From positions 2,240,001 to 2,304,000 of the forward strand of contig OZ241889.1 in NCBI GenBank assembly GCA_965203355.1: a stretch of 64,000 bases of DNA, written 5' to 3'. Of this stretch, positions 30,779-40,499 are shown piece by piece (within the stretch, counting starts at the first letter, position 1; the number at the start of each line of letters is the position of its first letter). Made by a program: the position numbers and the translations under genes. The notes below the pieces were generated by a model. It was not told where the DNA came from. It worked only from the letters and a program-made list of their open reading frames with translations, and ran no database searches. This DNA is from Candidatus Latescibacterota bacterium (GTDB lineage Bacteria; Latescibacterota; UBA2968; UBA8231).

Positions 30779-33700
30779 GACAAGGTCCTCATGCGCTGGG
30801 GATCGAGGCGACAGCTTTGTCGATACGGGCAGTGCGGGCAGATTTTGGCTGGGTCGTGGGTCGTAACGCGGAAGACCCCGCGGCGCATGGCGCGCACGTA
30901 CGATAGGACGAAGCCGCGCACGGCGTCGAGGCGCTGCCGATAGGCCTCGGGGTCGTAGATGCCAGCGCGACCGCTGGCGACATAGGCTGTATTGCGATGG
31001 GTGGCATCGGCGAACAGCCCGCTGCGGCCGCAGTCCTCTAAGTCGCGGAGCATCAGGTACGCGGCTCCAGCCCCGTGGCGCAGCTCAAGTTCCTCGAACA
31101 GGGATTCAGCCGCTAGCAAGTAGAGCGGAAGCTGGAGGTTAAGGCCGATGTCAATATCGGCTACCGCGGGCGCGCGGCCGGTCTTGTAGTCGAAGACGAC
31201 GAAGCGGCCATCGGCCGTGCGGTCGATGCGGTCGATCTTGCCGGAGAGCCGCACCTCGTCTCCGCTTTCTGAATCGCTGATGGCATAGGGCGTGGTGGTC
31301 GATTGCGGGTCGCCTTCTCCCATGCCAGGGTAGCTGCCAAAGCTCAGCTCGAAATGGGTTGGCATGGCCGGATTCGCCGCGGCCGCTTGCTGGCCGAGGA
31401 AGCGGGGCAAAACGCCCTCGCGCCCCCCGTGGTCGTCGCCGAGCAGACGCTCTAACTCCCGCTCCCAGAAAAAGCCCGTAAGCCGCATTTCATCGGCGAC
31501 TTGGCGGCCTTGGCGGCGCAGTTCCGCGATGTTTTCAGCTAAGTTTTCCGCGCGCTCGGCTGCTTGGCCGTGCGCCGCATAGAAACGATAGAGGATGCGG
31601 TGGACGAGGTTGCCGCGCTTGCGTGCTGAGCCGTCGTCGTCCGGGTCGCGGAGGGGCTGGAGGTTGAGCAGTTCTTGGGCAAAAAACCGGAAGGGACAGC
31701 GGCCGTACAACTCCAATTGGGTCGCGGAAAAAGAATGGCCCGCGCCGAGACGGGTGCGCAGCATGTCGATTAGCTGGGGATCGTCGAGTACGCCTTCGTG
31801 GCGGCCTAAACGCTCGGGCGTTGTGCGCCATGCAGCGAGGTGCAAGCCGCGCACGAGGTGCCGCAGCGCGGTGGCGCGCTCGTCGAGTTGGGCGGCTTGG
31901 CGGTAGCGTCCGAGGGCATCGCGCGCTGCGTTGGAGCCTTGCTCGGCGCACAGGCCGCGCCCCAAGGCGAGGTGCCACTCGGCCAGGGTCTCGGTAGCCG
32001 CTTGGCCCGGCGCAGGCGAGGGGGCGAGCAGATCGTCTAACTCAGCGACAAAAGGCGAAGGCGCGAGCAGCTCGCTGCCCGATTGCTTGGGGTAGAAAAC
32101 GCCGAGACCGCGCCGCGCCGCGCACACTGCGCGATAGAACAGCAAGTGCTCGGACGCGGTGGTGGAATCCTCGTCCAAGTTCAAGGCGCGGCGCTGGGTT
32201 TCTTCGAGGAAAATGTCGGCTGGCGGCAAGCGGGGGAATTCGCCTTGCACCAACCCGCCGAGGAAGAGGTAATCGCAGGGTGCGCTGCCCGCGGCCGCGA
32301 GGTCGGTCACTTGAATGCCTGCGTGCGTTGCCGCGGGAACGTGCGCTTGGGCGATGGCGTCGCGCAGCAGGTCGGCGAATTGGTTCAGGGAGCGGGGCTG
32401 GAGGGCGGCGGCTGGGGCGCACAATTCGTCGAGCAGGTCCAAAAAGCGCGCCAAGGCCCGGCCGTCCTCTACCGTCCCATGCTCTACGCCCAAGGTGCCG
32501 AGGGCGTGGAGGACCTGTTGGCGGAAGGAGGGCAGGTCCTGTCGGCGTTCCAAAGGCTGGAGTAGGTCAAAGAGCGCGGCTAGGCCCGTGCGTAAGGGCT
32601 GGAGGGCGGCTAACTCGGCGATGAGGTCGGCGCGCCGCGTGGGGAACTCGTCGATTTCTTCAGCGGCTGGCGCGCCTTTTCGGCTTAGTTCGCCCGCTAA
32701 GTAAGCGGAGTTTTCGTCGATGGCGGTGAGCCAGCTTTGGCGCCCGGTCAATGGTGGCACGTTGCGGGTCCACGCCGCAAAATCTGCGGCGCAAAGCTCG
32801 TTGGTTTGGCCTTCAAATGGGTAGCGCAGCCGCACGAAGGGCAAACTGAGTAAGCGGAAGAGCGCGGCGCGGCTGTAGCGCTCTAACACCGCGTTGATGA
32901 GCGCGAAAACGGCGTTCATCGCGGGTGCTGTGGCCAGCGGCCGTCCGCGGGCGAGGTAAAAAGGCAGGCCGTGGCGCGGCAGTACTTCGGCCACGAGTTC
33001 GGCATAGAGGTCGAGGTTGCGGAAGCCAATGCGGACCTGCCCTAGCTCGATTCCTTGCTCTTGCTGCAACTGGCAGATGCGGCGGGCCATGGCCGTTACT
33101 TCGCCGACTCGGTCCGGGCAGGCGACCCGTTCTACGGGCGCGTCCAGACTCGCGCGACTGTGGGTGAAGAGGCGACCGGCAAACGCGGCGGCTGGATGGG
33201 CGGCGGCGGTGCTGCGCTCGGCGCGGATGGCGCGGGTGCGGAGGAAGGCGTACAGCGGACGAGTGCGGGCAAAGAAACCGGGCCCCTCGGGGTCGTAATC
33301 GAGCAGCGCGATGGATTCTGGCACGAGGGCTAGCAGCTTTGCTAGCACGGGCCAAAAAGGCGCGGGCATTTCCACAAAGCCGCAGAGCACGAGCAGGCCG
33401 AGGTCCGGGAAGCGCTGGGCGAGCGTCGCGCGATCGAGATGGGCTTCTACAGCGGCAAAACGCGCGCGGCTCCCGCTCCAGCCAGCCGCGAGCCGATCCA
33501 AGTAGGCCGCATACAGGACTTGCAACTCGGCGCTGCGCTGAGTGGCCCCGCCCAGATCGCTCGGCTGGGTGCCGGTTTCCTCCAATCGGCGGAACAACTG
33601 AGTTAGCCCCCGGCTCAGCCGCTCGGGTCGCTGGCTGTAATAGGGTGCGCTGGCCGCGCAGGCGGCCAGGGCGTCTTCGACTAACAGCCGCTGTGCGCTC

Positions 33701-33966
33701 AGGGGCAGGGCCGGTCGCCGCTCGGGACAGCGGCTGTAGAGAATGTCGGTGAAACCGTTTAGGTCGAGGGCCAAATGCCCGGTGAACAGGCCGGCCCTAC
33801 TGGCGCGGATGAGTTGCCGCCGCATGAGCTGGGCTTGGAAGTGCGTGGGAAAGAGCCAGAGGAAGGACTCGCCCTCGCCCGCGTTGAGGTGCGTCAAGCA
33901 GCGCTCGTACGCGGGCGATATCTTGGCGGGATGGGCCGGGCCGTAGATGAGGGTTAGTTCGCCCAT
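30775..33966 (-). CDS. addB: AddB-type PD-(D/E)XK nuclease with Fe-S cluster cysteines
   Basis: FSATQLE...CPFRFF, GKIDRID, FDYKTG, LQLPLY, C..CPY...C; coupled to addA. Confidence 0.88.
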   Translation of the reverse strand: MGELTLIYGPAHPAKISPAYERCLTHLNAGEGESFLWLFPTHFQAQLMRRQLIRASRAGLFTGHLALDLNGFTDILYSRCPERRPALPLSAQRLLVEDALAACAASAPYYSQRPERLSRGLTQLFRRLEETGTQPSDLGGATQRSAELQVLYAAYLDRLAAGWSGSRARFAAVEAHLDRATLAQRFPDLGLLVLCGFVEMPAPFWPVLAKLLALVPESIALLDYDPEGPGFFARTRPLYAFLRTRAIRAERSTAAAHPAAAFAGRLFTHSRASLDAPVERVACPDRVGEVTAMARRICQLQQEQGIELGQVRIGFRNLDLYAELVAEVLPRHGLPFYLARGRPLATAPAMNAVFALINAVLERYSRAALFRLLSLPFVRLRYPFEGQTNELCAADFAAWTRNVPPLTGRQSWLTAIDENSAYLAGELSRKGAPAAEEIDEFPTRRADLIAELAALQPLRTGLAALFDLLQPLERRQDLPSFRQQVLHALGTLGVEHGTVEDGRALARFLDLLDELCAPAAALQPRSLNQFADLLRDAIAQAHVPAATHAGIQVTDLAAAGSAPCDYLFLGGLVQGEFPRLPPADIFLEETQRRALNLDEDSTTASEHLLFYRAVCAARRGLGVFYPKQSGSELLAPSPFVAELDDLLAPSPAPGQAATETLAEWHLALGRGLCAEQGSNAARDALGRYRQAAQLDERATALRHLVRGLHLAAWRTTPERLGRHEGVLDDPQLIDMLRTRLGAGHSFSATQLELYGRCPFRFFAQELLNLQPLRDPDDDGSARKRGNLVHRILYRFYAAHGQAAERAENLAENIAELRRQGRQVADEMRLTGFFWERELERLLGDDHGGREGVLPRFLGQQAAAANPAMPTHFELSFGSYPGMGEGDPQSTTTPYAISDSESGDEVRLSGKIDRIDRTADGRFVVFDYKTGRAPAVADIDIGLNLQLPLYLLAAESLFEELELRHGAGAAYLMLRDLEDCGRSGLFADATHRNTAYVASGRAGIYDPEAYRQRLDAVRGFVLSYVRAMRRGVFRVTTHDPAKICPHCPYRQSCRLDPQRMRTLS

Positions 33967-34101
33967 GATCAGTGTGTGGGCAACGTATCGCCGCAGAAAA
34001 ACACTGTCAAGGTGCGCTGCGGCCGTGCGTTGACATGGCACTGGGCCGGCCGCTTTTTATGCCGCGTGGTAAGCCCGCGCTTTTGCTGAGTGGAATTCGC
34101 G

Positions 34102-35109
34102 ATGAAAAAATGGATTGTTGCATTCTTTTTGTGGTGTAGTTGCGCCCCGCTGACCTCCCCAGCCGGAGGCCCAGATGAATGGCAGAACCCCGAGCCGCCG
34201 CCACCGCCAAGTGCGTTAGAACAATACTTAGAGATGCGCCAGCACTACGGCTCTGGTCCGCGGCCCGACTTTGTGGCCGTGGTGCCGTTTGTCGATGAGT
34301 CCGGGTTTCGCGAGGGCGTGTGGAACATCGAATACGAGCTGGCCAACCTGCTCAGCGCCGAGCTGGTGGCCGTGCGGAATTGGCAGATCGTCCCTTTTGA
34401 CGCCGTGGCCGAGTTGGCGCTGGAGTGGGGGTTTGCCAGCCACGAGCAAGCCCTGGCGATCGGCCGCAAGCTGGGGGCGGATTTTGTAATCGCGGGCCGG
34501 TTGGAAGACTACGACATGCGCCGCCTGTCGGTGGGGGATCCTTTGTTGGGAGGCTACAAATCCTATTCGGCGGTGGCGCAGATGCGTGTCGAGATCGCGC
34601 GCGTTGACGACGGCCGGGCGATCGGTCAGGCCGAGGCCCAGCGCGATCTCACCGACCGCGACGTAGGGCTCGACCTGCTGGGCAAGCCGCGCGAGCAGGA
34701 TTTGCAATTTGCCAACTTGAAAGAGTTAGAGTTCGGCTCGGAGGCGTTTGGTCAAACTTTGTTGGGGCAAGCGACGGTCGAGGCCGTAGGCGAGCTGGTC
34801 CACGAGGTGGCCGCTGCCTTTGAGCCGGAGGGCTTGGTGTTTGAAGGCGACGCGCCCGAGGTCATCGCCGTGTACAGCGAGGACATTTACGCCAATATCG
34901 GCAGCACCCACGGCGTGCGGCCGCGCTTGCGCTTTTTCGTCTATCCCGGCAACGAGCGGATTCAGGCCGAGGGGCTGGCTCCCGAAGAGTCGGTTGCCCT
35001 CGTCGAAGTCGCCGAAATCATCAGCACCCGGCTCGCCAGTTTGCGCGTGATCCGCACAACCGGGGTGATCAAGGCGGGCGACCGGCTCGAATTAGCCGAA
35101 GGAGAATAG
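34102..35109 (+). CDS. Secreted CsgG/FlgT-like domain protein
   Basis: Signal peptide; VAVVPF, A.AIGRKLGADFVIAG; C-terminal YANIGS.HGV beta-barrel. Confidence 0.6.
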   Translation: MKKWIVAFFLWCSCAPLTSPAGGPDEWQNPEPPPPPSALEQYLEMRQHYGSGPRPDFVAVVPFVDESGFREGVWNIEYELANLLSAELVAVRNWQIVPFDAVAELALEWGFASHEQALAIGRKLGADFVIAGRLEDYDMRRLSVGDPLLGGYKSYSAVAQMRVEIARVDDGRAIGQAEAQRDLTDRDVGLDLLGKPREQDLQFANLKELEFGSEAFGQTLLGQATVEAVGELVHEVAAAFEPEGLVFEGDAPEVIAVYSEDIYANIGSTHGVRPRLRFFVYPGNERIQAEGLAPEESVALVEVAEIISTRLASLRVIRTTGVIKAGDRLELAEGE

Positions 35110-35111
35110 CG

Positions 35112-36149
35112 ATGCAGGGAGTGGTCAAATACCAGCGCGGCGACGGATTTGTCGAGTTGCGCGACCTAGCGGACGCGCCGCCCGGCCCCAAGCAGGTGAA
35201 GGTCGAGGTGCAGGCTGCCGGGATTTGCGGATCGGACCTACACGTGTACCGCGATACCATCAACTACGCCATCCAGACGCCGGTCGTCATGGGGCACGAG
35301 TTTAGCGGCGTGGTGGTGGAAAAGGGCGCGGAGGTCGGCGACCACGTCGAGGTGGGCGACCGCGTGACCGGCGAGCCGAGTATATACATCTGCGGCGACT
35401 GCGACTACTGCTTGAGAGAGCACTACAACCTCTGCCCCGAGCGAAAGGTCATGGGCTATTGGCACCACGGCTGCTTTGCGCCCTACTGCAATGCGACCTT
35501 CGTCCACAAGCTGCCCAAAGGCGTGGGGTTTGAAGCCGGTGCGCTGACTGAATTGTTGGCCTGCTGCGTACATTCGGTCATTGAGCAGGCCGGCGTGACG
35601 GCCGGCGATTTTGTCGCCATCACTGGGCCGGGGCCGGTGGGTTTGTTCTCGGCGCTGGTGGCGCTGGCCGCAGGGGGGACGGTGATCCTCTGCGGCACGG
35701 AGCGAGACGCCAAGCGGCTGCAACGGGCCGAGGAACTGGGCGTGCAACACACGGTCGATATTGCGGCCGGCGACCCGGTGGCGCGGGTGCGCGAGTTGAC
35801 CGGCGGCTATGGGGCCGATGTGGTGGTCGAGTGCGCGGGGGTGGCACCGGCCATGCGGTTGGCCTTGGAACTGGTGCGCAAGCGGGGCCGCTTTTCCCAA
35901 ATGGGGCTGCCGGGTGCGCCAGTGGAGATTGACTTTGAGAAGATCGCCTACAACGAGCTACAAGTCTCCGGCGGCATTGGTCAGCGGCGACCGGCTTGGC
36001 AGCGTGCGCTGCGGCTGATGGAGCAGGGCTTTATTCCCAGCGAAAAGCTGATCACCCACCACTTTGCCTTGAGCGAATGGCAGCGGGCCTTTGACCTGGC
36101 CGAAGAGCAGGCCGGGATCAAGCTGATGTTTATGCCGCAGGGGGGATGA
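35112..36149 (+). CDS. Zinc-binding (MDR) alcohol/sugar dehydrogenase
   Basis: GICGSD, GHEFSG, CGDCDYC...C, GPGPVG. Confidence 0.92.
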   Translation: MQGVVKYQRGDGFVELRDLADAPPGPKQVKVEVQAAGICGSDLHVYRDTINYAIQTPVVMGHEFSGVVVEKGAEVGDHVEVGDRVTGEPSIYICGDCDYCLREHYNLCPERKVMGYWHHGCFAPYCNATFVHKLPKGVGFEAGALTELLACCVHSVIEQAGVTAGDFVAITGPGPVGLFSALVALAAGGTVILCGTERDAKRLQRAEELGVQHTVDIAAGDPVARVRELTGGYGADVVVECAGVAPAMRLALELVRKRGRFSQMGLPGAPVEIDFEKIAYNELQVSGGIGQRRPAWQRALRLMEQGFIPSEKLITHHFALSEWQRAFDLAEEQAGIKLMFMPQGG

Positions 36150-36475
36150 GGCCGGCGATTGCGCTGTGGACGTTGAATGCGCGACCGTGGATTGGCTGAG
36201 GTTTGGAACAAGCGTTAGAACCGATTGACAGCCCCACCGGGGCTTTGTACCTTGCAAAATCCGTTCCCCTAACGAAAGAAGGCCATCCCATGAAAAGCCA
36301 ACCAAGCCAACCGTAAGAGTATCCAGCTAGACGTACATCGCCGGGCTTCCGTTGTGGCCCGCACCCTGATGAAGATGCAGCCTAAGCCGGTCAAATGATT
36401 CGGAAGGTTTTGACGCTACTTGACACCATGTCAAGTGTCTTTAAGTCGCCCTAAATTCATGGAGATAACCCCGAA

Positions 36476-36754
36476 ATGTCTATCTTCGTTGTCGTTCTAA
36501 ACCAGGCTCCCTCCGAGCTCTTTACGAAGAGAATAAAGGAATTATATCCGCCTCCGCTTAGTTACAAATACGCAGACAATGTCTTTTTTCTTGAGGATAA
36601 TAATATACCTGAGACTATAGCCAATCGTCTTGGTATAAAAGTAGAAGACGAAAGTCAGAGGACAGCTACTGGGGCCGTATTTGGTCTCGATGGTTCGTAT
36701 TCGGGATATACTGCAAAGGCCCTTTGGGACTGGTTGCGGAGGGTAGAAAAATGA
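36476..36754 (+). CDS. Low-GC hypothetical protein (92 aa, ends ...LWDWLRR)
   Basis: GGAG RBS, ATG; AT-rich; ATGA overlap with the next gene. Confidence 0.75.
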   Translation: MSIFVVVLNQAPSELFTKRIKELYPPPLSYKYADNVFFLEDNNIPETIANRLGIKVEDESQRTATGAVFGLDGSYSGYTAKALWDWLRRVEK

Positions 36755-37029
36755 GTGGCCATCCACAGGAAGATCTTAGTAGTGATCCTCCTGAATCAGG
36801 ATCAGGAGGGAACGGAGGTCGTAGAGGTGGATTAAACCCTGAGCTTATTGATCATAGATTAGATCAGTTGGAACAAACAGCTAAGGAAAATAGGAAAGAT
36901 ATTACTGATATTAAAACTACCGTCACCAGAATAGAATCTGGAATGATAACCAAAAGCCAACTCATTCTCGTGCTTATATCAGCACTAGTTATTACGGCTA
37001 TAAATCTAATTGTCTGGATGGCGAAATAA
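36751..37029 (+). CDS. Low-GC coiled-coil + C-terminal TM protein (XhlA-like architecture)
   Basis: Gly-rich N-terminus, RLDQLE...DITDIK...RIE coiled coil, single C-terminal hydrophobic helix. Confidence 0.7.
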   Translation: MSGHPQEDLSSDPPESGSGGNGGRRGGLNPELIDHRLDQLEQTAKENRKDITDIKTTVTRIESGMITKSQLILVLISALVITAINLIVWMAK

Positions 37030-37072
37030 ACAGCCCCTAATAGCCCCAGCTACTCCTTCACCTATCAGAGAT

Positions 37073-37290
37073 CTATTTCGCTAGATCGGCGTACATCAGC
37101 CGCTTCCCAACCATCCCGGCGACCAGATTCTACATTTGGTTGATGGTGTCTTTGTCGTGCGAACGTTATGCCGTCGTGCGAACTCGCTCACATAGCGATG
37201 TAGGTGCTTCACAGAGAAGTGATGGAAGGTTCCGTAGTATCTCCGCTTCAGCCTTGACCAAAAGCTCTCTATGCCGTTTGTGTGGGCTTG
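37073..37290 (-). mobile_element. IS1595-family transposase C-terminal remnant (pseudogene)
   Basis: Manual minus-strand translation: QAHTNGIESFWSRLKRRYYGTFHHFSVKHLHRYVSEFARRHNVR / frameshift / DKDTINQM*NLVAGMVGKRLMYADLAK*. Confidence 0.88.
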
Positions 37291-37427
37291 GTCAAGGCAT
37301 CGGTTTACGGTTGGTTACAGCGTTGACCTTATCGCAGCCGCCACAGCGCGGGCAAGACAAACCCGATTCATCCCAACGCTGTTGAGCAAACCAACCCTCA
37401 GCCGTTTTTTTATCAGGGAAGATTGTT

Positions 37428-40400
37428 TTGACGGATCTATTCTTTGAACAGCCGGTCTTAAACTCGCCTTACGAGCGTCCGAGCCGTCATTGGGAACTGG
37501 ACGAGACCGGGCAGCCGACCCAGCAGATCGTTGAACACCGCCGACCCGCCGAGTTCATCACGCCGATTCCGCAGCCGAAGAAGCGCCAAGGAGAAAAGCA
37601 GCAAGGGGCGCTAGTCTTTGACGAGGCCGCGCAAAAGCTCGAAACGGCCGATCAGCAATACGACCTGACGGCGGTCATCAACGGGGTTCGCGCGCAGGTT
37701 GACCGCTGGCGGGCGCTGCCAAACCCGCGCCAGTGGCAGGTGACCCCGGAGACCGCTCGCTTGCTCCAGCACTGGCGGCACCACCGCTTTAGTGGCATTC
37801 GGCCCTTCTTCTGCCAAGTCGAAGCGGCGGAGACCGCTATTTGGCTCACCGAGGTTGCGCCCAACACGCGATCGGGCCGGGCCTTTCTCGAGCATCTAAA
37901 GGACGCCAACCACAACGCCAACCCGGAACGGCCGCTGCCGCGGTTGGCCCTCAAGCTGGCGACCGGCACGGGCAAGACCACGGTCATGGCGATGTTGATT
38001 GCTTGGCAGACCGTCAATGCGGTGCGTCGGCCGCAAAGCCGCCGCTTCACGCGCGGTTTTTTGGTGGTCACGCCCGGCATCACCATCAAGGACCGCCTGC
38101 GCGTACTGCAGCCGAATGACCCGGATAGCTACTACCAGAGCCGCGAGTTGGTGCCCAGCGGCATGCTCCCGGAGCTGCAAAAGGCCAAGATCGTCATCGT
38201 CAACTATCACGCCTTCAAGCGGCGCGACCGCCTGGCGCTTTCCAAAGGCGGCCGTTTGTTGCTCGCGGGACGGGGCCAGACGCTGGCAACCTTGGAGACC
38301 GAGGGGCAAATGCTGCAACGGGTCATGCCCGAACTCATGGGCGCGAAGAACGTCTTGATCCTCAACGACGAGGCGCACCACTGCTACCGCGAAAAGCCGG
38401 GCGAGCCGGAAGAAGGGGCGCTCAAGGGCGATGACCGCAAGGAAGCCGAAAGGAATACGGCGGCGGCGCGGCTGTGGATGTCGGGGCTGGAAACCGTTGG
38501 CCGCAAGCTCGGCATCAACCGGGTGCTGGATCTTTCAGCGACGCCCTTTTTTTTGCGCGGGTCCGGGTATGCCGAAGGCGCGTTGTTCCCTTGGACGATG
38601 TGCGATTTCTCGCTCATGGACGCGATTGAATGCGGCATCGTCAAATTGCCCCGCGTGCCGGTGGCCGACAACATTCCCGGCGGCGACATGCCCAAGTTTC
38701 GCCGGCTCTGGGACCACATCCGCCCGGCCATGCCCAAGAAGGGGCGGGGCCAAGGCCAAGACCTCGATCCGCTCAGCCTGCCGGTGGAGTTGCAGACGGC
38801 GCTGGAAGCACTGTACGGACATTATCAGCAAACGTTTGAGTTGATGGAGCAGGCGGGCATGGACGTCCCGCCGTGTTTCATCGTGGTCTGCAATAACACC
38901 TCGACTTCCAAGCTGGTGTACGACTACATCGCTGGTTTCTGGCGCGAGAACGAGGATGGCTCGAAGAAGCTCGAGAACGGTCGCTTGGAACTGTTTCGCA
39001 ACTTTGACGAACAGGGCAACCAATACCCGCGCCCCCGCACACTGTTGATCGACAGCGAGCAATTAGAGTCCGGCGACGCGCTCGACAGCAATTTCCGCAA
39101 GATGGCCGCCGACGAGATCGATCGCTTTCGGCGCGAGATCATCGAGCGCACTGGGGACCGTCGTCAGGCCGACCACATCAGCGAGCAAGCGTTGCTCCGC
39201 GAGGTGATGAACACGGTGGGCAAACCGGGGCGGCTGGGGGATTCGATTCGCTGCGTGGTGTCGGTGTCGATGCTTACGGAAGGCTGGGATGCCAATACCG
39301 TTAGCCACGTGCTGGGCGTGCGCGCCTTTGGGACGCAACTGCTGTGCGAGCAGGTCGTTGGCCGCGCCCTGCGCCGTCAGTCCTACGATCTCAACGAAAA
39401 GGGCTTGTTTGACGTGGAATACGCGGATGTCTTGGGCATCCCGTTCGATTTTACGGCCAAGCCCGTTGTCGCTCCAGTCAAGCCACCGCGCAAGACCGTT
39501 CAGGTGCGGGCCGTGCAGCCTGAACGCGATGCGCTGGAGATATGTTTCCCCCGCGTGGCCGGGTATCGAGTGGAATTGCCGTCCGAGCGGCTCAGTGCCG
39601 AGTTCAACGAGGACTCGGTGCTGGAGCTGACGCCGCATCTGGTTGGCCCGTCCAGTACGAGGAATCAGGGGATTATCGGCGAGAGCGTGGACCTCAACTT
39701 GGTTCACACCAACAATCTGCGGCGCTCGACCGTACTCTTTCACCTGACCTCGCGGTTGCTCTATACTAAGTACCGCGATCCGGGCGACGCCCCCCAGCTC
39801 TATCTCTTCGGCCAGCTCAAGCGCATCGCCAAGCAGTGGCTCGATGGCTACCTCATCTGCAAGGGCGGCACCTATCCTGCCCAGCTTATGTATCAGGCGC
39901 TGGCGGATAGGGCCTGCGAGCGCATCTCGGCGGCCATCACGCGAAAGGGAATCGGCCAGCGCCCGGTCAAAGCCGTACTCGATCCGTACAATCCCGTTGG
40001 TTCGACAGCCGAGGTGAATTTCAACACGACCCAGACCAGCCTGTGGCAGACCGATGCCCGGCGTTGTCATCTCAACCACATCGTCCTCGACAGCGACTGG
40101 GAAGCCGAATTTTGCCGTGTCGCCGAATCCCATCCGCACGTCCAAGCCTACGTCAAGAACCACAACCTCGGTTTGGAGGTGCCCTACCGTTGCGGGTCGG
40201 AAACGCGGATGTACCGGCCGGATTTTATCGCAGCTATTGACGATGGTTGTGGCCGCGACGATTGGCTGCATCTGATCGTCGAGATCAAGGGCTATCGGGG
40301 GGAAGACGCCAAGGACAAGAAAACGACCATGGACACGTATTGGGTGCCTGGGGTGAATAATTACCGGGCCTACGGGCGCTGGGCTTTTGCCGAGTTGATT

Positions 40401-40499
40401 GACGTGTTTGAGATGGAAGCTGCGTTCAATCGGTTGGTTGAGCAGTTTAGGGCCGCGGCGATAGCTCGACAAAAGGGGCGCGCTAATGCTTTGGGATAG
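37428..40499 (+). CDS. res: Type III-like restriction endonuclease subunit (SF2 helicase + PD-(D/E)XK nuclease)
   Basis: LATGTGKT, DEAHH, LSATPF, MLTEGWD, EQVVGRALRR, YRPDFI...IVEIKG. Confidence 0.93.
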   Translation: MTDLFFEQPVLNSPYERPSRHWELDETGQPTQQIVEHRRPAEFITPIPQPKKRQGEKQQGALVFDEAAQKLETADQQYDLTAVINGVRAQVDRWRALPNPRQWQVTPETARLLQHWRHHRFSGIRPFFCQVEAAETAIWLTEVAPNTRSGRAFLEHLKDANHNANPERPLPRLALKLATGTGKTTVMAMLIAWQTVNAVRRPQSRRFTRGFLVVTPGITIKDRLRVLQPNDPDSYYQSRELVPSGMLPELQKAKIVIVNYHAFKRRDRLALSKGGRLLLAGRGQTLATLETEGQMLQRVMPELMGAKNVLILNDEAHHCYREKPGEPEEGALKGDDRKEAERNTAAARLWMSGLETVGRKLGINRVLDLSATPFFLRGSGYAEGALFPWTMCDFSLMDAIECGIVKLPRVPVADNIPGGDMPKFRRLWDHIRPAMPKKGRGQGQDLDPLSLPVELQTALEALYGHYQQTFELMEQAGMDVPPCFIVVCNNTSTSKLVYDYIAGFWRENEDGSKKLENGRLELFRNFDEQGNQYPRPRTLLIDSEQLESGDALDSNFRKMAADEIDRFRREIIERTGDRRQADHISEQALLREVMNTVGKPGRLGDSIRCVVSVSMLTEGWDANTVSHVLGVRAFGTQLLCEQVVGRALRRQSYDLNEKGLFDVEYADVLGIPFDFTAKPVVAPVKPPRKTVQVRAVQPERDALEICFPRVAGYRVELPSERLSAEFNEDSVLELTPHLVGPSSTRNQGIIGESVDLNLVHTNNLRRSTVLFHLTSRLLYTKYRDPGDAPQLYLFGQLKRIAKQWLDGYLICKGGTYPAQLMYQALADRACERISAAITRKGIGQRPVKAVLDPYNPVGSTAEVNFNTTQTSLWQTDARRCHLNHIVLDSDWEAEFCRVAESHPHVQAYVKNHNLGLEVPYRCGSETRMYRPDFIAAIDDGCGRDDWLHLIVEIKGYRGEDAKDKKTTMDTYWVPGVNNYRAYGRWAFAELIDVFEMEAAFNRLVEQFRAAAIARQKGRANALG

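Noticed and set aside
30775-31700. Cas4-like Fe-S PD-(D/E)XK nuclease
   Set aside because: It is the C-terminal domain of AddB, coupled to addA
33920-33966. Degenerate Walker A (GPAHPAK) in AddB
   Set aside because: AddB helicase-like domains are commonly inactive, so this is not unusual
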